Origin: Vicugna vicugna
Lineage: Eukaryota
Assembly (NCBI GenBank): GCA_013265495.1
Contig: MU058000.1
Coordinates: 186,001-250,000, forward strand
DNA: 64,000 nucleotides
Direction: 5' to 3'
Part shown: positions 47,433-61,479 of the stretch, one piece after another
How positions within the stretch are numbered: position 1 is the first letter of the stretch
How the letters are laid out: every line of letters begins with the position of its first letter
Program-made: the position numbers and the translations under genes
The notes under the pieces: model-generated
What the model was told of the DNA's origin: nothing
What the model saw: the letters and a program-made list of their open reading frames with translations, nothing else
Database searches by the model: none

Positions 47433-49293
47433 CCTTTGTAATAGTTTTTCACAAATAAATCTAGAATAAAACCTATACTTTTGAAAGCATCAAAGAAAGA
47501 AAAAGTGAAGAATAATAAACAAAAATCACACAAAAAACAATGGCAGTAAGTCCGAATATATTACTAGACACAATACATATAAATGGAATAAATTTACCTA
47601 TTAAAGACTTATTATTTAAAAACAAACAAAAGTTCACTGCTTATAAAAAACACACTTTGGGCAACACAAAGGAGTGAAATTAAATTGATGAGAAAAAAAA
47701 TACAGCAGTCACTGATGAACCACAAAAAAGTCACTGTGGCATTTTTAATACCAAACAAAATTGTACTGAACCTTTGTATGGATAAAGAGAGAGAACATTT
47801 TAAAAAGTACAAGCCACAAAAAAAAGAAGACATAAAAATAGCAACCTTCTATATACCTCGCAACAAAGAGTCAAAATATGGAGAGCCAAACTACCAAAAT
47901 TTCAGAAACAAACACACCTATCCATAATGTTACTAGATATTTTAACATACTTCTATGATGGATTGAGAAAGAAAAAAACCAGAAGATATTCTTACAGCAA
48001 AAATAATAAGCTAAATCTATTATATACAAAATCCTTAATACTACAGACAGAGATGATATATGCATATATATTTTTTAATATATACATGAAATATTTACAA
48101 AACTATGACAAGCATTAGGACATAAAGGAAGTTTCAATATTAAAATATTAAATAGACCACTTATTAATTAAAATATTAAAAAGACCACTTATCTGATAAT
48201 ACTGCAATTAAATTTAAAATTGACATTGGAAAGGTAACAAAACAAAACAAAAACAAAAATTTGTCTCAGAGACTAAAAACAGAATCGGTAATCCTATATA
48301 ACTCATAATGGAAATTATAAAATATTTATAATCAATAGCAATGAAAGCACTACATATCAAAACTGTATTACAAAATGTATTACTTTAATGCATTAACTTA
48401 AAATATTAGAAATAAATTAGTTTAAATATTCCCCTTAAGAAACTAGAAAAAGAAAAACCAACTAAATATTAAGAGTAAAAGGAGTGAAATAATAAGTACA
48501 AGGAGAGAAATTAATGATACAGACAACAAAGAAATTAAAGGGACAAGAATGTCCAAATTTTCTTTTGCAAAGGGAAAAATACTAATAAACAAACTGATCA
48601 GAAGTCGATAATGGAAAAAAGAAAAATAAATAAATGAATTAAATTGTTAGGAAAAAAGTAGGTGCCAGTTAGAAATGCAGTTGAGTTTCTTAAACTATTA
48701 AGAGAATAATAAAATAACTGACTTAACAAATGGAAAACCTCAATATATAAATTTACTGAAAATAAATTTTTCAATAAATAATCATTGAAGGAAGTAAGTG
48801 AGTAGTCAAAGGTTACTGAAGTAACCCTAAAAACTAATTATGATATAACTGCAGTTAAAATGAATTAAAACTACAGTATATGGTCAATGGAGTAAAAATT
48901 AAAAATTTGATTACTGTGGGAAAAAAGTAATCTGTATAAAGCTTAAAAATCTATAATCAATGGTACACTTACTTTGTTGGTAGATAATATGTAGTAATAA
49001 AATTACATAACATGATTAGGAATGATAAACACCAAGTTCAAGACAGTGGTTACTTATAGGTTCTCTCTTCTCAGAAAGAATAATGGAGTTGAGAAGGAGT
49101 TGGTTATAAAAGTATCAACTAACTTCTTTAAAAATAACAGTAGCATAAAGCAGTAAAACCCAAAGATGTTTGTTTCTCTAAAGACCAACCAAATGCAAAA
49201 TTATTCACCAAATCTGATTAAGGAAAAAAAAGACAAATTCAACAACATTGAAAGATAGGAGAAATAAATATTTGTGTTAAGTCCCATACCTCG

Positions 49294-49656
49294 TGTTATG
49301 AGCTGAATTTGTTCCCCCCCAAATTTACATGATGAAGTTAATTCCCAGTACCTTCCCGAATTTGGAGACAGGTTCTTTAAAGAGGTAGTTAAGGTAAAAA
49401 GAGGTCACTAGGGTGGGTCCTAATCTGACTGGTGTCCTTAAAAGAAGAGAGACAGGCACACAGAGAATGAAAAGCATGAAGGCAAAGGGAGAACAAACTT
49501 CCACAAGCCAAGGGAGAGGTCTCAGGATGTATCTAGCCAACCCTGGCAGCACCTTAATCTTGGGCTTTTGCCTCCAGAACTGTGATAAAATAAATTTGTC
49601 TTTTAAGCCGCCCAGACTGTGGGGCTTCATACCGGTAGCACTCGCAAACTAATACA
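49294..49656 (+). mobile_element. MLT1A-like MaLR solo LTR
   Basis: 'tgttatgagctgaatttgttcccccc', 'tagggtgggtcctaatctgactggtgtcctta', ends 'gcaaactaataca'. Confidence 0.9.
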
Positions 49657-51572
49657 CTTGGGCAAAGGAAGTCCCTTCACTAGTTAAGACAGTTGTGTGT
49701 GTGAGCTTTTCTGTCACTAAAACACTTGTGAGTTCTCTAATACACTGTCATTTCATTTTGGTAGAATTTTTTGAAAAATATCTTGAAAGGGTAAGACATC
49801 TGACTACTGCAAATACATTTTAAATGATTCACAAAATGTATAATACTTGAGTAAAGTACTAAGAATAAGTTCTGAGAGGTTCAAAAATTATAAATGAAGA
49901 AAATAAGGTATGGGAGTATCTATTTCAAACCTCTTCCTCCCTAAAGAACTGAAACCCTACTTGACCAACATCTTTGGTGGAATAACATTTATTGATAATT
50001 GAAAGGCTGGTGCCTTTTTAGGATTTATTTTGTGAAGACTGATCAACTGAATTCAATTCAATTACTGACTTTGTTTCAACTTGGTTATAATACAAATCTA
50101 AAAATTAAAGCTTTACTAGTTCAAACACAAACATCCAAATTCAGAAAAAAATTGGCTGCTCACTGTATCTTAAATATAATGAAAATAAATTATCACAACA
50201 AATGATCAATATTTCTAAGTACCCTGAGTTACAAACAGTTTAGAGAGAAAAAAAACAGTATCTTCAAACGAGCAATTGGGAGCTTAAGACTAGATGAATA
50301 TACACTTTCTAGGTATGTTAAAAGCATGAGGGGATCAGAAAATTTTTAAAGGCAAGAATCTGGAAATAATCAGTTGAAAATAAATGTATATATAATTAAT
50401 GTGGCCAATGCTATTATATTTATATGGCTCACTCAGTCCAGCAAAACTGGAAAATGTTATTTTGCTACTCTGGGTTACAGCACTTTTATTGTATTGTATT
50501 GTATTGTATTGTTGGAGGCTTTGTTTTTTTGAGAAAAAAAAATCATCTTGATGCTGCTTTTAAATATAGGAACATAGTTCTAGTTGACTCTCCCAAGGTT
50601 CTTCCTGCTTTGGTTGCTTCCTGGCACTCAGCTTTCTACAAATAAAAAGTATTTAAAAAAAAAAAAAAAGACTTAGAAAATTTGGAAGGACATGGCTACC
50701 GCAACATGATTATCCAATTTCACCGTGAGGTTAATCAAAGGGCACAAGACTAAATGCTTCAGTGTGTCTAACCTACAAATTTGAGACAGAACTAAAATCC
50801 CAGATATCCAGCAGTATTATAATAGATCAATATTTTGAAAACCTAAAACCATCACATATCATCTATCAGCCACTGGTACGTAACCCACCTCCAACTTTCA
50901 ATTCATTTTTATAAAGATTCATCACATTTTAAAAAATTATAGAAATCTTAAAATTATTATTTACAAAGAGTTTTCTCAGTGAGAAAGATTTTATGTTTGA
51001 CTTTTTATACAAATTTGATTCAATGATAGTTATTCAAGCCATAAGTTATCTTGAGCCATATCATATTCAGTTGCTTTTTACCTTCTTACATTTAACTTCT
51101 ACTAAATCAAAGAATCCTTACTTAAACCAAGAAGTCACCAGAGGAATGACTACAAACATCTGGCGACTCCTTAGGATGTTGCAGATAATCAGATCAAACA
51201 CAAACCCAGAAAGAGTATAGGAATTGGTCATAGACAACGACTTACAGCATTTTATCATACGGTAAGTTATCAAATATAACACACTGAAAAGCTAGAATGC
51301 TAAATATTGCCAACAGGGAGATAAAGGTAAACAGATTTATAAAAAGTAGTCTATTAAACTGATTAAGTACTTTTGAATTAAAATAAGGGATGAGAATTAC
51401 AAACCCCTACTTTATAATTAAACAGCCTTGGATTACAGGTAAGGTACTGGTGAGGTCAGACAGTCCTTAACAAATGCCAGATTTTTTGACAGACTTTCCC
51501 ATCAACTAATTGCATATAGTTCATCACTCATAAAAACATCACGCAGCAGAGATCTGGGGAAGAGTATCAAAA

Positions 51573-51652
51573 CTACTGTACACCAAAAATTGACACACTG
51601 TAACTGATTGCACTTCAATAAAAATTAATTAATTAAAAAATTAAAAAAATAA
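51573..51652 (+). mobile_element. Very short L1 3'-end insertion
   Basis: 'ctgtacaccaaaaattgacacactgtaactgattgcacttcaataaaaa' plus A-rich tail; same terminus type as 61318-61479. Confidence 0.7.
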
Positions 51653-54600
51653 ACCTCAGATTAACTCAGTCATTCTCGAACCTCATGTCATGCTAAACCA
51701 GAACACAAAACAATCACCGCCTCTACAATGAAAACAGAAAGCAGAGTCCTTTTCTAGATCTTATAAATAATTAAAAGATAAAATCCCTTTCTGTGCCAAA
51801 AACAAGCTATGGGTAATAAAGAGAACTAATCAGGCAATTGACTGAAAACAAACCAAAAAGAGTCTGGACGTGTGAATAATTAGAATTGGAATTCACCGCT
51901 CTTTCTGCAAGCTGGGCAAATCAAATGCTTTAATGAGCCATGGAGAGGGACTGATTGATTATACGGGATGTTGTTTATGGTTTACTGTTCACAAATCACT
52001 GATCTCCTTATTATATTGTCTGTATACAGTAATCTGTTTTCTCCTTCTTGCTTTTTGGGGAAAGAGCAGAGGGGACAGGATGGGGGAATTTTACACCTTT
52101 AAAATTATCCTCATATATCAAAAGTGACAGGCTCTTGAAGTTTAAAAGCACCTTTCACAATTCCAATTTAGGAAATGCAAAAACAGAGATTTACACTAAA
52201 GAGATGGCACATATAAACTGACCTTGAAGCCCAATGGCCTGCCAATAATAAATGACAGATTTCTAGGCCTATTTTTCTGGCAATATCAATAGGATATATA
52301 AGCTAGTTACTGACTGTAAAATTAACAAGTCTATACAATTTATTACAAGTAAAGAAATTCACACTAGGAGAAAATATTGTTTAAAATAATCTTCACATAG
52401 TAGTCTTCTCTTGTTCTCTAAAATTAACTTTATATTATTAAACAAATTTTGAGATACTTATTAAGGAACAAAAGAAACTGCACTACAAATAAACAGAAAT
52501 GTTTTTAAAACAAATGTCACAGAATGCTAATACTACAGTCAGTATATTAAAATATTTGTTGAACTTAGTTTCTATAAAAAGAACTACAAAGATAATCAAC
52601 AATCAAATAAATAAATCCAATATAGCTATGTTTTGTAAGGTAAAGTATTCAGCTACAAAGTGTAGGGGTAGGGGATGTAAGGAACCACAACAATTTTAAA
52701 CCAAGTTTCAATGTTTTTAACACTTTTCCTGGCCCCTTGTTTTTCACTGCCAGTTACAAGCACGAATTTGTGCTCGGTAAAGTCTCATCTGTACCATGGT
52801 TTATTTTCCAATTTTTTCTAAAATTTCTTTGACCTCTAAATCAATTAATTAGTTTCATATCACAAGAACAGCCTATGCTTTCTAATTCAATAATGTTCAT
52901 TTTCTAATTCAGAAGCACTATAGCATCTGGGAAGAATATTATGTCACACAAAAACTAGGCAAAATCAAAAGATAGTATTTTTCTCCATAATCACTCCATT
53001 GAAGTTTGCATAATTAAGTGAAAGTGATCAGTGACTATTTAATTTCTGTCTTTATCCTCTCAAAATATTTTGTGCTCAAGTTCAAGTTTTTAAATTTTTG
53101 TCTCTAATGTACCTAAGGTTAAAAAAAATGCAATGGTTAGAAATCTTAGAAAAGAAAAGTAAACATTCATGTATAGTATGATCTGTAGACTAGCACTTCT
53201 CATACTCAGGGTGTTTTTTTGTCCTTGAAATCTATTTTAGGACCATGACTAGAAATAACAATGAAATTTATATTCTTAGCCAAATTTCAAAATTACCATT
53301 CCAGTGGAAGATTTACATAATTATAAACCATTTTAAAATAGCTCCATTCTGAAATCGTAAAGGAACCCTTTGTGGTATTTGCTTGCACAATTAAAGAAAG
53401 CCAGAATATTCATTAAAAGAAATATATTATCATCTCTTGCCTCACTAAAACTATTGTTTCATTAGTGAAATGATAAGCATTTTTTAAATACATTAAAGCA
53501 AAGGAATACCACACTCAGAAATGTAAAATTGTTTACAGCCTATAATCCTGCCTACCTTTGTTTTTCCTGAAAAAGATATGTATGCCTTTTTTCCTTTTTC
53601 TTTTTACTAAGCATAAGAATTATAGAAAAGATAACCTTCTATAAACTCCCAGAAATCAATTAATAAATCCAAGAACATGCTCTCTTCACAGCAAAAATAG
53701 TAAATAAAGGATTTCAAATCACTGGTCCTTTATAGAAAACAGACAGTGCTTCTGATGGGCAAATTTTGAAGCAACTCAACAGAGAAAAGAGTTATATAAA
53801 TAGAATTATGAAAAAGGGGACCATTTACCTTTCTTTTTCTAGGCAGAAGATCTTTTAGAAAGTTTCTTAAACATTCATTCTATTTTTTATCCCACTTAGA
53901 GAAAAGTATACATTTTTGGTATAAAGAACTGGTAAACAACTAAAAAATTTTAATCAGAATACCAGGATTCGAACCCTAGCTTTAACACATATCACCTGTG
54001 TGATCTCTGAACTTAAAAGGATAACAGTATCTAAATCAAAGGACATTTAAAAGGATTACCAAAAGCAATTAACACCATGCTTAGTACATAGCCAGCAGCC
54101 ATGAATAATGTTACAATAATAATTATTCCTATAATTATTCACCATCATCATTATCCTTATTATAGACATTTTAGATATCATAACTTCATAAAGATTTTCC
54201 ACTTCCGTTCACCACAGAGTGATCCTACAGCACTCAAAGTCTATGCCATATCCCATTATTTCTATAAAATGGATTGGGGGTTTCTGAAAATATTCAAAGT
54301 CAAATGCAAAACATATTTTGAAACAGGTAAGAGAAAGGTTTAAGGGCTTAAGTTTCTTCTTCTTATAAGAAAATGTTTTTATTGAGTCTTGGAAAACTCG
54401 TTTTCAATAAAAAAAAAGTCTCAAAAATGTATGTGTGATACATTTATTTATATATGTATACATACCAGTATATGTGTGAATCAGATAGAAAAAAGGGGTA
54501 CAGTTCATACTAACATGCTTCATTTTATTTCTACCATATATACTGCTACTGAGCTACCTTTATTACAAAGAGAAAACAGTAAGTTAAAACAGTCACACTG

Positions 54601-54869
54601 GTCTAACCACTAGAGAACTTCCCCTATAAAGTGACCAGCACCTTGCTCCATTGCATGAAAGTAACACACATATTCTCCATTACTTCATAGGGATACTACT
54701 CTGTGCAACACAATACTTACACCTTGTTTAAAGAAAAGAGCTGTTGTAAGGCTCAATGGAAATCTCATTCTACCATTAATTATAGCCATTCTGCTTTAAT
54801 CTCACAATCACTCCCACTCCTTTTTACTCTCTCCTGCACCCTTACATGATCTTTTTAATTTCAATCATT

Positions 54870-56790
54870 CATTCCTTTTTCACTTATGAAAAATTTCAAA
54901 TATATACAAAAGTTGAGATAATATAATACCTTGATTTTCAAAGAGTGGTAATTAATATGTAAGTTCTTTCCTGATTTTTGTTATTCTAAACAGTGACTCT
55001 ATGAATATTCTTAACCATTCCACCTGTTAGAGGTTCTCACGGGTTAAGTATGTAGGACAAATATTACCAGAATAGATGGTATATGCATGTTCAACTTCAT
55101 AAAAGAATACAATTTTTTTATCAAGAAAAGTTAACACTAACTTATAGTACACTAACAATTCATGAGATATTGGTGATTCATATCCCTTCCAGCCTTTGAT
55201 GCTGTTATACTTAAATTAATGCTAAATGAGTGAAAATGAGATTTTATTAAATTAGTAATCTCCAATTGTCTCATTATTTCATCCTGTATATTGAACCTAT
55301 ATGTGTTTTTTATTAAATATTTATTCACGTCTTTTGTCCATTTTTTTATTGTGTTGTCTTTTTCTTACTGATTTTTAGTTCATTTATTCTTGACATTAAT
55401 CCTTAGTAGGTTAAATTTTAGAACTAATATCTATCTTTTTATTTGTAGTTTCTTTTCTTAAGTATCTTTTGATGAAAACCGTATTTAATTTTAAGATAGT
55501 CAAAACTGTCAATAAATAAGGGATTGTTTTTAGAAACTTTTCCACATGGATTAACTATTTTTCCCTACCACTTTTACTGAATAGTCCTCCATTTCCCCCT
55601 AATGGGCCATGTAAACTCCTGTCATTTTACAAAGTTTTATATATATATATATATATGCACACACACATATACACACATACACACACACATATATACATCT
55701 CACATATATCTATTCATCTGTTGCTGAGATTGCTACTGAATTGTTTTGTTTATCCTAGAACCAGTACCAATACCACACAAGTCTTCATTACTATAACTTC
55801 ACAATAAGCTTTGACATGTATTAGCATAGGACCCCATACTTGTTTGCTTCAGAAATTCTCTAGGCTACATTTGTTTATTTACACATCCCTACACATTTTA
55901 GAATCAGTTTGTCAAGTTACATATAAAACACTTTGGTGTTTTTACTAGACTTAATATCACTTAATCTATAGATTAATTTGGAGAGGATTGAACAATTTAA
56001 TGATATAAAGTTTTCCTATTCATAAACATGATATATTTTTATATGTATCAAGATCTTACATATCTTTTCATATATATGAGCCAAAATACACTTCCACTGT
56101 GCTGCTTTTATAAATAGAATCTTAAAAAATTATGTTATCTAACTACTCATTGCCAGTAAAAAGAAATGCAATTTTATATCCAAATACTCATTAATTTCTT
56201 CTATCATTTCTAACAATTTTTCTGTAGATTATTTTTCTTTTAACAGTCAGATTATCTACAAATCATGGCAGTTTTATTTCCACCTTCCTTATCCTTACTC
56301 CATAAATTTCTTTTTCTTATTTTATTGCACTGGTTAGCAGCTCATACTAATATAAGGTTGAATGGAAATGATGATAGTGAGTATTGTTCCCTGTAACTTA
56401 TTTTTAAGTATCTTTTTATTTTAAATGATTTTTAAGGCATACTTTGGCAGATATTTTATATCAGATTTTAACTCTTAATTTATTAAGAACTTTTTATAAC
56501 GTGAATTTGTATAGAAATTAATCAAATACTGTTTTTCTCCAACTACAGATATGATCATGTGGTTTTTCTCATTTAATCCTTTAATATGATAAATGGTACT
56601 CATAGATTTTCTAATATTAAACTACTTTTAATAATTTAATAATTAAACCAACTTGACCATTATATATTATCATTTTCATACAATATTAGATATTTGCATT
56701 TATATTTGAAAGTGAAATGAAGCTGAAATATTCTTTTCTTATACTCCTTTTCTGGCTTTAGTATCAGAATGATAGTGGTCTCATATTTGA
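54870..56790 (-). mobile_element. Ancient L1ME-like element, antisense
   Basis: T-rich; 'tttagaatcagtttgtcaagtt', 'taatctatagattaatttggagagga', 'gttgaatggaaatgatgatagtgag', 'gagatatgatcatgtggtttttctc'. Confidence 0.8.
55638..55697. repeat. (TA)n(CA)n compound microsatellite
   Basis: Read directly. Confidence 0.9.
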
Positions 56791-59700
56791 GAACTCTGAG
56801 AGCCAAAGTGGAAAAGTATTATATGTAAAATAAGGCGTTCATATACGAAGTAGTTCTATTATTAACTTACCTATAAAGAGTTTAATTCAACATTTCTTCA
56901 AACTTGAAGCATGCGTGTGTGTCTGTACTTGTCTGTTGATAATCTGCTCTTTATCTATGGACATATGAGCCTTAAAAAGAATTAGAAAGCAATTCTCCCA
57001 CCCAGGTGGTTTTAATTCAAAGGTAAGTGTAACCAAAAATATGCAACAAAGAGTAAAAGAAAGTAATGTTATTTAGGTCAAAAAAACACCAAAATAACAA
57101 TTTAAGCAAGTTGATACAGTTATACAAAAAAAGAGGAAATTTTTAAGGAAAAAGTATATTTAAAGAAAAAAGTATTCTTCCCTAAGTAACAATCTAGACT
57201 ACAGGAAATACATAACTTGCCTAACTGTGGCTGAGCTTATTGAAAACATAAAGTGAAAGATTTAGATATATATCAAAAGAAAAACACAGCAGTATTATTT
57301 ATCTTATATTAAAACTGCAAAGCTTTCATTGTAACTGGGGTAGTACACTGGCATTAGTACAACAAATAATTCAGGAGTTTTAGCAAGAAAAATGTTTAGA
57401 TGCTCAAAAATATGTTTTTAAGAGACATCTTTCATATGTTTTAGAATTATATAGTACAGTCCCTGACACAGAAAGCTAGGATGAACTAATCTTTATTTTT
57501 CAGATTTTCCTGGCTTAAGAAAAGGCTATTTGTCAACCACTATCTACCCTCTATTTTCAACATGGACAGTTACTCTTTAAGAGATATATATGCTCAAGGG
57601 AAAATTACATAGCAGCCGCAGTCATGAAGAACTGCCCATCAGTTAGCATGGATTCCCACAGGTGACCTGAGAGCCCCATTTCAATTAAAGTTAAATAGAA
57701 CAGCACGTATTCAGTGGATCTAGACCCTCCATCACCTTTTTCTTGGCTACAATCATTGGGGATAATCTGTAAGCTTGCTGGGAAAGGAAATAAACTCAAA
57801 TGTTACTTTCACGTAAAAGATCATCTCTCAAAAATATCAAAACACTTTTTTACATTGTTTAACCTAAAGTGTTATAACTACAGTCCTTAAAAAAAGACTA
57901 TTCTAAATCTGTATGAGCTTAACCAGTTAGAAATTTAAAAGGTAAGAGCAAACTCTCCTCAGAAACGAGATTCAACTCATGCTTAAAAATGAATATCTGA
58001 CTGCCAAATGCCTGTTATTCCCTGATGGCATACCATATTCTTTTAAAAACCTGAATACATTATAGATATTTTCCAGGTGACAGATACAGACTCTATATAG
58101 ACTAGGAATTAATGAAATGTTTTTAATCCCCATATGAAAAATCTTAAACCCAATTATTTACCTCCTTTTTCACTTTCTAATAGTTGCTTTACTTTATTCT
58201 AGCTTAACTTTAATAGATTAAGTCTCTGTCTGATTGTCTATGTCTAGTTCTCTGCCAGATTTTTTTATAAAATAGACAAGTCAGTGTTCAATTTAACCTC
58301 ACCCTTAAGTATTTACCCTCTACCAAAATGCACGATTCTCTAAACTCTACATTGGTTAGAACAAGTATTAAATATTATATCAATTTTATTTAGAACTACA
58401 AAAAATATTGCTAGATGATCAATAACTCCTTCTTGAGGTCTCTAATTTTCCTGATCCTTACGCTTACTGATTTTCCTTACCTGGTCCAGAATCCATACTA
58501 ACCTTAATTCTCTGCTCTCTGATACTTTGTTCTCACTATAAAAATAGCCTTGCCAACAACTACAAAGAATGCACCAATTCAGTTATTCACTAGCCTATTC
58601 TATATCTATTAATAAAAATAAATGAAATCAACATTCTCTACTTTAACTTAATAAATAGCATCAGTATTAGCGAGAAGCCCTAGATAACTGTTTTCCCACT
58701 AAACAAACTTTCATATTTGTTTCATTTTGTTTCCCTGATTGTTAGATTAGATTAAAGCATCACATAGGAAGCTCATGGGAGCCCCTCTCCACCTTGCATT
58801 CACCTTCCTATTAGTTGACGATAGCAGATATTAAGGGTATTAAAATGCTGGAAACATTCCCCAAAGGTGACTTAGAAATAATAAAAGAATTATCATTCCA
58901 TCTCTATTTTTGTAAGAAAAGGAGCAAGAAGAGTCCTCACTTTATAAAGTTTTGGAATAACTAAATCAGATAACGTAATTACTATAAATTAATGATACAG
59001 TTTCTTACTATCAAGTCTGAATTATATCAAATCCTTTGAGGGTAGACCTTAGATGGGTGCAGGAAAAAAGATCAAGAATTAAAGATGAAGGAATCATAAG
59101 GTAGAATTTTTCTCAGCAAACATAATTATCCCAAAACATTCATCAAGAAACTGTTATGGTACCTGACAACATACCAAGCACTAGAGGTACGAGGAGGATG
59201 TGAAACACTTCTCACCCTGAAGTTGCTCACAATCTAAGCAGAAGGAGACCAAGCTACACCAGTCTACAATTTGGAGGCATTACTGAAATGAAATGATCAA
59301 ATGAATTTAGAGGGACCACCTAGTAGGAGAGAACAGACTTGCAGTTAAAGAGGGCAAGAACAGTGGCAAGAATTCTATGCTACTCAAACTGCTACTTATT
59401 TAGGTATTATTCCCAAACTTCAGTAACTATACAGGAGATATAACTGTATTTAAATTATAAAGGGCTCAAAAACATACTGAATATATGTCAGACTGTTAGA
59501 AACAGATATTTAGGCTTTGAAGCTTGAGCAACACTAGGGTACTATAGATGTATGTGTGCGTAAATTTATGAACATATACATACATATAATTTGTGCATAA
59601 TATAAGAGGCTTATATTGGAGACCAAATAAATTCTTTTCTAAAATGGATAATACATAAAAATATTTTAAAGTAAAAGCAATCTTAACCTATGAATCCATG

Positions 59701-60715
59701 AATTAAATTATATAATCATAGAGTCAAAAGATTATAGATTAATTTTAGTGACTTCCTGATCCTTTTTTAAAAAATCCTATTAATAACTGTGGAAAAGGAC
59801 AGTAACAGCGGGAAATGCACCAAAGTAAGAGGGTAGGTTTATGATACTGAATACAAGGCATGGCAATCTCGAAAATATCAAACATCCATTCTGTTCTAAC
59901 CCCTTCCACTTGAATTAGTAAAGTGGTCTTTTTAATAAGTTGTTCCAAGATTTTGAAGTAGAAGACTTAATGTTTAAATTAGGTTCACTGTTTTATACTG
60001 CTTTATGTTTATGACTGATAGAAAACACAGTTTGGCAGACATACATTCTCAGCTACGTTACGCAGGAAGGGAGTTGGACAAGTAGTTTCAGTCTTCAAAA
60101 ATTAAATTGCTCACATTGGTTGGCCCAGGTGTAGACAAAGTCACTACCAACATACTCTGTCCAAGACAGTTTAAGACAAGTATCCCCCCCAAAAAACCCT
60201 ACATCATGACATACAACTGAGTGACAAGAAAATATATTTCTTTTCATGTTTGTGCAATTTCACACTTGTGTATAAACACTTTAATGTAAGAATTTATTAA
60301 CATGAACCCCAACTATCAATATCCCATTTAATACCTTACTTAAATAACTACTAGTTTGGGGCTTTCCCACATCCCCTTACTGAACTGATGTCTCTTCATA
60401 ATAAATTCACTTTGGAACTCAAAATAATTTCATTATACAGTATCCTGAAATACTGCATTATTATTAAATAAAAGATGCTAAATAAGATGAATTTATGGGT
60501 CAGAAAGTTTTTCTTGCATTTTAACTCATTGAAGGTAAGTAAACCCAATGTTAGAAATATAAATTTAAATATTTGTCACAGAATTTTAAAACATACTGTT
60601 AATAGCTGGGATAAAACGTAAATATTGTAATGTCTTTCCTAACATAAATCTACTAACAGTAGAGTATTAAGTAATCCCACAAACTTTTATACGTACAGTT
60701 AAAACATGTATTGTT

Positions 60716-60870
60716 GGAGGAGGATATAGCTCAAGTGGTAGAGCACATGCTTAGCATGCAAGAGGTCCTGGGTTCAATCCTCAGTACCTCTTCTAAAATA
60801 AATTAAATAAGTAAGTAAGTAAGTAAACCTAATTACCTCACCCTTCTTAAAAAAATTTTAATTAAAAAAA
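60716..60870 (+). mobile_element. tRNA-Ala-derived SINE, camelid vic-1-like
   Basis: A box 'tagctcaagtggtagagc', anticodon-like 'cttagcatg', B box 'ggttcaatcc', then (TAAG)n, 'aaacctaattacctc' and an A-rich tail; degenerate TSD aaaacatgtattgt / aaaaccatactgt. Confidence 0.85.
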
Positions 60871-61317
60871 CCCAAAAACCATACTGTGCCATATACATAC
60901 ATGTAGTATGATTTCATTTTGAAACATTAACAAATGTTTGTTATTTTTGTACTAAAATCCACATACAAATAAATATACATACAAATTATTCTTAAATTCC
61001 TGTCCTTCCCAACACATGAAGAATTTTTTTTCTTCTTTAAATAGGGCAAAATTTACTTTAAAACTTACTACAAGTTGAAAAAGACAAATGATATTAATCA
61101 TGGGAGTCAATTCTCTTTTTAGTAAGAATGGCAGTCATGCAGGTACCTGGGGAGAAGACACTATTACAGGTAATCCCAAATCACAGTTAAACCACAGTCT
61201 TCTCCCCACTATCTGGGGTCAGACTCTCAGGGGAGGATTAACTACAACGAAGTGACAGAGAGACCTAGGACAGAGAGACCTAGGACATCACCTCACCCTC
61301 AGGCCTCAGCGACTAAT

Positions 61318-61479
61318 CAACGGTTGACTGGATGGTGAAAAAGAATATGAAAAGGAATGTATGTATGTATACATATGACTGAAGCATTACACTGTACACG
61401 AGAAATTGACACAACATTGTAAACTGAGTATACTTATATATATAAGTATATAAATATATATATATATATATAAAAAAAA
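61318..61479 (+). mobile_element. Short, relatively young L1 3' end with (TA)n in its tail
   Basis: 'gaaaaagaatatgaaaaggaatgtatgtatgtata..tgactgaa..ctgtacacgagaaattgacacaacattgtaaactgagtatactt'. Confidence 0.85.

Larger units (their letters stand above)
45100..49265 (+). mobile_element. Large ancient L1M/L1ME element (5' region, ORF1, ORF2 endonuclease start) with nested insertions
   Basis: ORF1 motifs ('aataattggttaacaggagttctggagggagaaaat', 'gaagaaataacagctgagaat'); ORF2 start near 47540 ('atggcagtaagtccgaatatatt..aaatggaataaatttacctattaaag'); 'ttaagaaactagaaaaagaa'. The 5' boundary is uncertain. Confidence 0.75.

Noticed and set aside
46138..48118. Several ORFs of 63-97 aa
   Set aside because: Decayed L1 ORF1/ORF2 and MIR sequence.
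48139..48192. 28-bp tandem duplication
   Set aside because: Slippage within a dead L1; no sign of function.
60716..60792. tRNA-Ala gene
   Set aside because: Followed by a SINE body, simple repeat, A-rich tail and TSD-like flanks, with imperfect stems; it is a tRNA-derived SINE.
61254..61287. 15-bp perfect tandem repeat GACAGAGAGACCTAG x2
   Set aside because: Two copies with no spacer; ordinary local duplication, not an array.
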